Shown one piece after another: positions 45,015-52,349 of a DNA stretch of 64,000 nucleotides (its first letter is position 1; every line of letters begins with the position of its first letter). The stretch lies in the NCBI GenBank assembly GCA_036725345.1, contig DAIMEJ010000005.1, positions 19,717 through 83,716 of the forward strand, written 5' to 3'. The position numbers and the translations under genes were made by a program. Source of the stretch: Syntrophales bacterium. GTDB lineage: Bacteria > Desulfobacterota > Syntrophia > Syntrophales > UBA2192. Under the pieces are notes generated by a model, which saw nothing but the letters and a program-made list of their open reading frames with translations, was not told where the DNA came from and did not search any database.

Positions 45015-45854
45015 TTACCCGAAATACCTCGGCTGGATCGCATCCCGGAGCACTTCCCCGTCGAAGCCCGCGGGCGCCTCTCCGGAGCGGGCATAGTGGT
45101 AAAGCGCCGCCTGGAAGATGCCCTGGAGGGCCGACTGGAAGACAGAGAGGATGATCAGATAAAGGGCCGAAAGCACCATCAAGACTAGCGCCAGAGCCCC
45201 TTTCCCCGAAATAACACTGAAGACGTAAAATGCGGCGGCCGGCAGGCTCAGAACACCAAAGACCAGCCCGAAGCTGAACGTGCCGATCAGTTCCTCCCCC
45301 CAGGTCTTCTTCAGCAGATGGACCGACCGCTTGTAGGCTTCGACGGGCCCCTTCCCTTCATTGACCAGGACGGGGATGACGAGAAAGCTCGTGACGCTCC
45401 AGGCCATTCCCAGAAGGCCTGCGACGATCCTGCCGAGCAGCCTCGAGCGCTCCGCAATGGACCTCAGGATGAGGCCGACGGTTGCCGAAACCAGAGCCCA
45501 CCCGGCGATTTCGGAAATAAACGAAAACGCCGCACGCAGGCCATCCGATACGGTCGGGTCCCCGCCGTTCATCCGGAGGGTGGCGCAGACGATGATCGCG
45601 CAATTGAAAAAGATGATGACAAAGTAGCAGATGAAATAGAAGAGAAAGAGGATGACCGAGTTGACCGCAAGCGACCCTTCCGATAAAAGGCTTCGGCCCG
45701 AGATGCCCAGGGCTATAATCGGCGCGATAAAAGAAGCGACCACCAGGATCAATGCCACCCCGGAAATGACCGGGAAGAGGAGGATTTCCCTGTCCGCTTT
45801 CAGAATCGCCCAGGAAGCCTTCATAAGCTGCCACGAACTGGCGAGTTTTTCCAT
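45015..45854 (-). CDS. DUF6159-like polytopic membrane protein
   Basis: Start set at the ATG at 45854 (MEKLASSWQLMKASWAILKADREILLFPVISG), spaced correctly after AGGGAG. Six or more TM helices. Confidence 0.65.
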   Translation of the reverse strand: MEKLASSWQLMKASWAILKADREILLFPVISGVALILVVASFIAPIIALGISGRSLLSEGSLAVNSVILFLFYFICYFVIIFFNCAIIVCATLRMNGGDPTVSDGLRAAFSFISEIAGWALVSATVGLILRSIAERSRLLGRIVAGLLGMAWSVTSFLVIPVLVNEGKGPVEAYKRSVHLLKKTWGEELIGTFSFGLVFGVLSLPAAAFYVFSVISGKGALALVLMVLSALYLIILSVFQSALQGIFQAALYHYARSGEAPAGFDGEVLRDAIQPRYFG

Positions 45855-45972
45855 CGTCATGCTCCCTGTGGAATAAATTTTGTTTTGCTTCCGGGGGCCT
45901 TCTCTGGTACTCAGATAACGCGTTGCAAATATCAATCCATATCGTATTCAATCATCCCGCGGGAGTCGTTCG

Positions 45973-46491
45973 ATGAAAAGAATCCTCATGACCGTGACCC
46001 TGTCTCTGATCGTATTTTCCGGCAACGCTTTCGGACAGGCCGGCGCGCCGGCCAAGGTGATCCCCATCGAACGCCTGCAGACGGCGAAGCTGGCTTCGAC
46101 GGATTACCCCTCGAAAGCCGGGGCCGTGAGGTCCGTCATTCCCGGGCCTCTCACGGGGGACAGGACTTTCGACGCAAAAACGCAGAAGCTGGCCTCGAAT
46201 TACGAAAAGGAACTGGGCAGGCTTGACGCCGTCATGCAGGCAGTCTCCGTGGAACTTCGGAGAGACCAGGCCGATCGGAAGAAATTGAGCGGCCTTTCCA
46301 GGAAGGTCGAAGGCCACATGAAAGCGCTTAAAAAGAAGCATTCAGAACTGAAGACCCACCTGACCGGGGCCATCACCTCCGAGAAAAGCGGCCGCCCGGC
46401 CGTCACAGCGGCCTACGAAAGCTTCGACCGGAAAGCCGGCGAGTTGTACGGCATCATCTCAACGATCGGGAACAACATGAAGGGTCTGTAA
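45973..46491 (+). CDS. hypothetical secreted coiled-coil protein
   Basis: Signal peptide MKRILMTVTLSLIVFSGNAFG. No family recognised. Confidence 0.6.
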   Translation: MKRILMTVTLSLIVFSGNAFGQAGAPAKVIPIERLQTAKLASTDYPSKAGAVRSVIPGPLTGDRTFDAKTQKLASNYEKELGRLDAVMQAVSVELRRDQADRKKLSGLSRKVEGHMKALKKKHSELKTHLTGAITSEKSGRPAVTAAYESFDRKAGELYGIISTIGNNMKGL

Positions 46492-46609
46492 ACAGCGCAA
46501 AATCCTTTTCCCGCGGCCGAATCAGCTTCCCGATCCGGCAGGCGATTCGGCGCTCGAACCGTAAAGTTTCTTTTTTGAAAATCGCATTCAAAAAACAGGG
46601 AGAAGAAAA

Positions 46610-48547
46610 ATGAAACCGTTCAAACATCTTTTCACGCCGGCGAAAATCGGGCGTCTGGAACTCAAGAACAGGATCGTCATGCTCCCGTTGACGACCGGGT
46701 ACACCGAGGCGGATGAAACCGTCGGCAATCGATTCATAGACTTTTTCGAAGCGCGGGCGAAGGGCGGCGCAGCCCTGCTCATCGTCCCCTTCTCCCCGAT
46801 CCGCGCGGGCTCGCCTGTGGAGCCCGGGATGTACGACGACCGGTTCATCGCTTCCGCCAGGAAACTCACGGGTCGAATCCACGGCGGCGGTGCGAAGATC
46901 GGCGCACAGTTCATCATCTCATACCACGTCGTCTTCGGGAAAGGCGCCCCTGAGGTTGTCGGTCCGTCACCCGTGATGAACCAGATCATGCGCTGCATTC
47001 CGAGGGAACTGACGGTCGATGAAATCCGCTACATCACCGGCGAATACGGCCGGTCGGCCCGTCGGGCCCGCGAGGCCGGTTTTGACCTCGTGGAAGTCCT
47101 CGTCGGAGGCGGGTACCTCCTGAACCGCTTCCTCTCCCCCATCACCAACAAAAGAACCGATCTGTACGGCGGGATCCTTGAAAACCGGATCAGGGTTACG
47201 CTTGAAGCCATTGAAAGCATGCGGAAAGAAGTCGGGGCGGATTTCCCGATCGGCGTCCGCATCAATCTTGAAGAGCAGATGGAAGGCGGCCACACCATTG
47301 AGGACTCGAAGGAGGTCCTGAAAATTCTCGAAAAGGCGGGCGTCCAGGTCATCAACGCCTACACGGGCTGGCATGAATCACCCGTTCCCACCGTCCAGGG
47401 TTTTCTGCCCAAGGGAGCCTTCGCCCGGCTCGCCCAGAAAGCAAAAGGCTGGGTCCGGATACCTGTCATCGCCGCCAACCGCATCAGCGACCCCTTCGTG
47501 GCGGAACAGATCCTCGCCGACGGCATGGCCGACTTTGTCGGGATGGGCAGAGCCCTTCTCGCCGACCCGGAACTCCCCAACAAGACGCGGGAGGGAAGAA
47601 TCGACGAGATCATCCCCTGCATCGCCTGCTCCACCTGCCTGTCGGAAATCGTGACCACCTACCGGAAGTGGGGCCAGCCAACGGCGACCTATTGCACGGT
47701 CAACCCGGCGGCCGGAAGAGAGTCGGCCTGCAGGCTGGAGCCTGCCAGGACACCCAGGAAGGTCCTCGTCATTGGCGGCGGTCCCGCGGGGATGGAAGCG
47801 GCCAGGACAGCCGCGACAAGGGGCCACCGGGTCACCCTCTATGAAAAAGGCAAGGAGCCGGGCGGATGGCTGCTGGTCGGCTGCCTGCCGCCCCACAAGG
47901 GGGAAATCGGGAACCTGTCCAGGAGCCTCGCGGTAAGGGCCAGGAAGGCGGGTGTTGACATCCGGCTCAACCGAGAGGCCACCCCGGAAACCGTGGAGGA
48001 GGCAAAACCCGATGTGCTGATCCTGGCCCTGGGGGCCAACCCCCTGGTTCCGAATATCCCGGGCGTAACGGGCGCCAATGTCGTCCTGGCGGAAGACGTG
48101 CTGACCGGCCAAAGGACGGTGAATGGATCCGTCGTCATCATCGGGGGCGGCCTTGTGGGGTGCGAGACGGCCGCATTCCTTATCGAAAAGGGCCAGGGTA
48201 TCACGAGGGTCGCCGTCGTCGAAATGCTGGAGCGTATGGCGGAAGCCCTGTCGGCCGCAAACCGCCCCTTCTTCCTGGCCAGGCTGAAAAAACAAGGCGT
48301 CGACCTGAGGACCCGGACTACCGTGGAGGAGATAACGGGCAAGGGCGTCAAGGTGAGCCAGAATGGATCCTCCGGCTTTATCGAGGGAGACGCCGTGGTG
48401 CTGGCCGTAGGACTCAAGGCCGAGGCGAAGGCGATGGAACGTTTCACGGGGAAAGCGCCGGAAGTCTACTCCATCGGAGATTGCGTCAAACCCCGCATGA
48501 TCAAAGAAGCCATCGAAGAGGGGTTTCTGACGGGCAGGAAGATCTGA
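46610..48547 (+). CDS. NADH:flavin oxidoreductase / 2,4-dienoyl-CoA reductase-like (OYE domain plus FAD/NAD(P) domain)
   Basis: N-terminal OYE/TIM-barrel pattern (LKNRIVMLPLTTGY), a CIACSTC Fe-S motif and a VLVIGGGPAGMEAA Rossmann motif. Confidence 0.88.
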   Translation: MKPFKHLFTPAKIGRLELKNRIVMLPLTTGYTEADETVGNRFIDFFEARAKGGAALLIVPFSPIRAGSPVEPGMYDDRFIASARKLTGRIHGGGAKIGAQFIISYHVVFGKGAPEVVGPSPVMNQIMRCIPRELTVDEIRYITGEYGRSARRAREAGFDLVEVLVGGGYLLNRFLSPITNKRTDLYGGILENRIRVTLEAIESMRKEVGADFPIGVRINLEEQMEGGHTIEDSKEVLKILEKAGVQVINAYTGWHESPVPTVQGFLPKGAFARLAQKAKGWVRIPVIAANRISDPFVAEQILADGMADFVGMGRALLADPELPNKTREGRIDEIIPCIACSTCLSEIVTTYRKWGQPTATYCTVNPAAGRESACRLEPARTPRKVLVIGGGPAGMEAARTAATRGHRVTLYEKGKEPGGWLLVGCLPPHKGEIGNLSRSLAVRARKAGVDIRLNREATPETVEEAKPDVLILALGANPLVPNIPGVTGANVVLAEDVLTGQRTVNGSVVIIGGGLVGCETAAFLIEKGQGITRVAVVEMLERMAEALSAANRPFFLARLKKQGVDLRTRTTVEEITGKGVKVSQNGSSGFIEGDAVVLAVGLKAEAKAMERFTGKAPEVYSIGDCVKPRMIKEAIEEGFLTGRKI

Positions 48548-48777
48548 CGATTGACCGGCGGGTTCGGCGTCCCCGTGCAAGCCTTCATGGTGAAGATGCG
48601 CTCCCCGGACAGGGGAACGTGAAATTTCACACTGTCTTCGGGGGGATGTGATACCGAACATGGGCCCGAGGCCGTTGAAAGACCTTCAGTTTCGACTCTT
48701 CCTGCCGATAGGATTCCTGTGGTCATCCGGAAACGTGATGACGATAAGATCTCGTATTTTCGAGAGGAGGTGATTGG

Positions 48778-49257
48778 ATGAAAAACAATCCTGTGAAATA
48801 CATGATGTATCTATCGGCCTTTTTGTTCGCCATCCTGTCTTACCAGGCCATCGCTCATGCGACCCTCTACAAGTGGGTCGATGAAAAGGGCGTCCTCCAT
48901 ATGACCGATACGCCGCCCGACGCCGCGACAGCCCGTAAATACGTCGTCGAGAAGACGGGGGCCGATGAATCAGGCACAGCCCAGGCCGCCGAAAAGAAGG
49001 ACGTGAAACCCTCCCGGCACGAGGTCGTGATTTACACCACACCCACGTGCCCATACTGCAAATACGCGAAAGAGTTTCTTTCGCAAAAAGGCGTCTTTTA
49101 CACGGAGAAGGATGTGTCTGCTGACCCCGCGGCCAAAGACGAGATGATGGCCCTCACGGGCAAGGATGCCGTTCCCGTCATCGTCATCGACGGTGAGCCG
49201 ATCGTGGGGTTCAATGCACAGAAGATCGAGGAGAAACTCGGCCTCGTCAAAAAATGA
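48778..49257 (+). CDS. DUF4124-glutaredoxin fusion protein, exported or membrane-anchored
   Basis: N-terminal hydrophobic segment, LYKWVDEKGVLHMTDTPP (DUF4124-like), then VVIYTTPTCPYCKYAKEFL...VPVIVIDGEPIVGFN (CPYC glutaredoxin fold). Confidence 0.75.
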   Translation: MKNNPVKYMMYLSAFLFAILSYQAIAHATLYKWVDEKGVLHMTDTPPDAATARKYVVEKTGADESGTAQAAEKKDVKPSRHEVVIYTTPTCPYCKYAKEFLSQKGVFYTEKDVSADPAAKDEMMALTGKDAVPVIVIDGEPIVGFNAQKIEEKLGLVKK

Positions 49258-49284
49258 GTATGAAGGGCATCGGCACCGGATCAA

Positions 49285-49315
49285 GGACAGTCCCGGGCGG
49301 GTCTGTCCTTTTTTT
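49285..49315 (+). terminator. Rho-independent terminator
   Basis: GGACAGtCCC-gggc-GGGtCTGTCC followed by TTTTTTT. Confidence 0.75.
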
Positions 49316-49332
49316 ATCCGGCGCCCCTCCCG

Positions 49333-49722
49333 TCACGCCCCGCAGATCACGGAGATCTCTATAGAGGCATCCCTCGGGAGCCTGGCCACCTGCAAGGTTT
49401 CACGGGCAGGGAGAATGTCCGCAAAATAGCGATTGTAGACTTCGTTGAATTTTGCGAAATTGCCCATGTCGCTCAGGAACACCGAGGCTTTCAGAACGTT
49501 CCGCAGTGTCAGGCCGCCCGCCTCGACGACGGCCTTGATGTTCTCGAGAACCAGGGTGACCTGCTCTTCGAAGCTCCCCCGCGACATCTCGTTCGTTTTC
49601 GGGTCGATGGGGATCATCCCCGATACAAAGAGGAGATCGCCGAATTTGACGGCCTGCGCGTAAGGGCCGATGGCCTTCGGGGCCCCCGGTGTGCTGACAA
49701 TCCTTCTTTCTTTTGCAGACAT
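49333..49722 (-). CDS. ridA: RidA-family reactive intermediate deaminase
   Basis: Start trimmed to the ATG at 49722, after AAGGAG. APKAIGPYAQAV...LFVSGMIPIDP and ARETLQVARLPRDASIEI motifs. Confidence 0.9.
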   Translation of the reverse strand: MSAKERRIVSTPGAPKAIGPYAQAVKFGDLLFVSGMIPIDPKTNEMSRGSFEEQVTLVLENIKAVVEAGGLTLRNVLKASVFLSDMGNFAKFNEVYNRYFADILPARETLQVARLPRDASIEISVICGA

Positions 49723-49862
49723 GGCATTTTCTCCTTCTCGGTTCCGTCCATGAAAGTCGGAAACCGGGTTGCGACATAGAGACCCCCCCGGATCGACCCT
49801 CCCGGGGATCTCGACCACGAGACCTCCTTCTGCACCCGGGCCGAAAAACCCGGCGGGCGGGA

Positions 49863-50171
49863 TCATTTCATCAGCTTCTTCGACTGCCCGACGTACTCTT
49901 CCTCGGTAATCGTCCCGTCACCGTTGGCATCCCAGTACCTGCAATTCTTCTCTGCCGTCTTTTTGTCCTTCCAGACGGCGTAGCATTCCTGGGTGCTGAG
50001 TTTCCCGTCTTTGTTGGTGTCGGCGGAAGAAAGGATGGATTTGAAAGCTTCCTTTGTCAAGGCATCCGAGGGACCGGCACCCTGCTGTGCGGCCGTGATA
50101 CCGGCAGCCACACCGAAGATGAAAACCATTAAAAAGAAAAAAGCAGATGCAGTAAAAACGGACTTTTTCAT
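49863..50171 (-). CDS. secreted EF-hand calcium-binding protein
   Basis: Start at the ATG at 50171, after AAGGAGG. Signal peptide, and two EF-hand loops DTNKDGKLSTQE and DANGDGTITEEE. Confidence 0.75.
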   Translation of the reverse strand: MKKSVFTASAFFFLMVFIFGVAAGITAAQQGAGPSDALTKEAFKSILSSADTNKDGKLSTQECYAVWKDKKTAEKNCRYWDANGDGTITEEEYVGQSKKLMK

Positions 50172-50389
50172 ACGCGCCTCCTTTGCGAGCATTTCGGCGG
50201 TCCCACGATCCCCTTCCTTTCTAGCAGCCGCGGGCGGGATTTGTCAACGGGATTGCCGGAGGCGAATGCGGGTCTTCGACCCCTCAGCCGTCCGCACGAC
50301 GTTGACAGGAACGGCGGCGGTCTGCTACCCTGGCGGCGATAGAGGCAGGCCGTTTTCTCAAGCCCTGCCGCGCTTTTCACGAATCATCC

Positions 50390-51394
50390 ATGGCACGATG
50401 GGCCTTCGATAAAAACGTCTTCGCCTTCCGCGCACCGAAAAGCAGGGGAACCCGAGCGCTTTTTTGGGCAGGTTTGTCCGTAAGCCTCTTGATCTGGACG
50501 GCGGCCGTCCTCCTCCCGGCGGCATCCGCCGTCAGCCGGGGAGAGAACGCCGGCACGGACCGGCTGGGGGAAATGGTCCACGACGGCCGGAGCCGCTCCT
50601 ACCTCGTTCACCTCCCGAAGTCCTACAACGCGAAGAAAAAATACCCGCTGGTCCTCATCCTTCACGGAGGCGGCGGCAACGCCCGCCTCACGGCCCAAAT
50701 GACCGGTTTCAGCGCAACGGCCGACCGGGAAGGGTTCATCGCTGTCTATCCCGACGGCACAGGGCTGATAGAGGGTCTTTTCCTCACCTGGAACGCCGGC
50801 AACTGCTGCGGTTTTGCCCTCGACGAGGAGACGGACGACACCGGATTCCTCAGGGCCCTTCTCCAGAGGCTCAAGAAAGAACACGCCGTGGACCCGAACC
50901 GGGTTTTTGTCACGGGCTTCTCCAACGGCGGGATGATGAGCTACCGCCTCGCCTGTGAACTTTCCGGCGCGATCGCGGCCATCGCACCGGTCGCCGGCGC
51001 CATGAATGTGGAATGCAAACCGGAAAGACCCCTTTCCGTTGTCATTTTTCACGGCACGGAGGACGGCCATGTCCGCTATGACGGGGGGGAACCCCTGGCC
51101 CTGGCCGACTGGCATGACCGCACCGACCGGCCGGTAAAGGAAACGGTTGCCTTCTGGGTAAAGTTCAACGGATGCCGCCCACAGGCGCAGACGTCGGTGA
51201 AGGGCCATGTCCAAATGGAAAGATACAGCGGCTGCCGGGAAGGTACCGAGGTTGTCCTCTACACCATCAGGGGTGAAGGACACTCCTGGCCCGGCGGCAG
51301 GAGATGGGCTCCCTGGGCGGCCGTCCCGACCCGGGAAATATCGGCAACCGATCTCATCTGGGAATTTTTCACCGGTCACCCCAGAAAGGACTGA
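50390..51394 (+). CDS. PHB-depolymerase-family esterase (LpqC-like alpha/beta hydrolase)
   Basis: YPLVLILHGGGGN, VFVTGFSNGGMMSYRLA (GxSxG) and GEGHSWPG motifs, with a signal/TM segment. Confidence 0.8.
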   Translation: MARWAFDKNVFAFRAPKSRGTRALFWAGLSVSLLIWTAAVLLPAASAVSRGENAGTDRLGEMVHDGRSRSYLVHLPKSYNAKKKYPLVLILHGGGGNARLTAQMTGFSATADREGFIAVYPDGTGLIEGLFLTWNAGNCCGFALDEETDDTGFLRALLQRLKKEHAVDPNRVFVTGFSNGGMMSYRLACELSGAIAAIAPVAGAMNVECKPERPLSVVIFHGTEDGHVRYDGGEPLALADWHDRTDRPVKETVAFWVKFNGCRPQAQTSVKGHVQMERYSGCREGTEVVLYTIRGEGHSWPGGRRWAPWAAVPTREISATDLIWEFFTGHPRKD

Positions 51395-51535
51395 GCGGTC
51401 GCCGGAGGCCTTCCAGGCTTCGGCCCGTTGATGGGGGAAAACCCGACGGAAGGAGTTGACACGTCCCGGCCGTTTTCCTATACTGCCCGCAAATGAAACA
51501 ACAGGGGCTTCCGGACTTCTCGTGCCCCCCTCACC

Positions 51536-52225
51536 ATGAATATCGGCGGCTTGCACAAAGTTTCCCTCATCGATTACCCGGGCAAGATCTGCGCGGTCAT
51601 CTTCACGCAGGGGTGCAATTTCCGGTGCGCCTACTGCCACAACCCCGAGCTCGTGGACCCGAAATTGTTCGAGCCCCCGATGCCGCACGAGGAGATCTTC
51701 GGTTTTCTCGACAAGCGCCGCGGAAAGCTGGATGCCGTCGTCGTCACGGGCGGGGAACCCACGCTCCAGCCGAACCTGATCCCTTTTCTGAAGCGCGTGA
51801 AGGAGATGGGCTACCTCATCAAAATCGACACGAACGGCGCCCTGCCCGAGATCCTGGAGAATCTCATCGTCCACAGGCATGTGGACTATATCGCCATGGA
51901 CATCAAGGCCCCGCCGGAAAAATACTCCCGCGTGACCCGGGCGGAGGTCGATGTCGAACGGATCAGGCGAAGCATCGACCTCATCACGACCTCGGGCATT
52001 CCCTGCGAATTCCGGACCACGCTCGTCCAGTCGCTCCTCGACCAGGAGGACATTCGTAAAGTCGGCGACATGATTAAAGGCGCCAGGCGGTTCGTCCTCC
52101 AGAGGTTTGTCCCGTCGAAGACGCTCTCCTCGGATTTCCTTCAGGCGTCCACGTACGCAGACCGCGAACTGGAAGTCTTCAAGAAAGACCTTGAATCGCA
52201 TATCGAGGATGTCGTTATCCGGTAG
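51536..52225 (+). CDS. nrdG: anaerobic ribonucleoside-triphosphate reductase activating protein (radical SAM)
   Basis: SLIDYPGKICAVIFTQGCNFRCAYCHNPELV (CxxxCxxC) and a VVVTGGEPTLQP motif. Confidence 0.9.
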   Translation: MNIGGLHKVSLIDYPGKICAVIFTQGCNFRCAYCHNPELVDPKLFEPPMPHEEIFGFLDKRRGKLDAVVVTGGEPTLQPNLIPFLKRVKEMGYLIKIDTNGALPEILENLIVHRHVDYIAMDIKAPPEKYSRVTRAEVDVERIRRSIDLITTSGIPCEFRTTLVQSLLDQEDIRKVGDMIKGARRFVLQRFVPSKTLSSDFLQASTYADRELEVFKKDLESHIEDVVIR

Positions 52226-52254
52226 AATCTGCGACCGGTCAAATCGCAGGCATG

Positions 52255-52291
52255 AAAAAAGCGGCGCTGCTTTGACAGCGCCGCTTTTTTT
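52255..52291. terminator. bidirectional Rho-independent terminator
   Basis: AAAAAA-GCGGCGCTG-ctttga-CAGCGCCGC-TTTTTTT between the convergent nrdG and the fusion ATPase gene. Confidence 0.85.
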
Positions 52292-52349
52292 CACACCCGA
52301 AAACGTGCCGGGAGGTCTTCTGAATGCCCGGCCTTTCGGCCGCTTGCCT

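Noticed and set aside
47378-48661. 427-aa minus-strand ORF
   Set aside because: Antisense to the OYE/FAD reductase gene. It is a shadow ORF.
50384-52294. 636-aa ORF on the minus strand, the longest unexplained ORF in the track
   Set aside because: It runs antisense to two well-supported plus-strand genes, the PHB-depolymerase-family esterase and nrdG. Its translation is Arg/Gly/Pro/Asp-rich with no recognisable motif. This is a typical shadow ORF of high-GC DNA.
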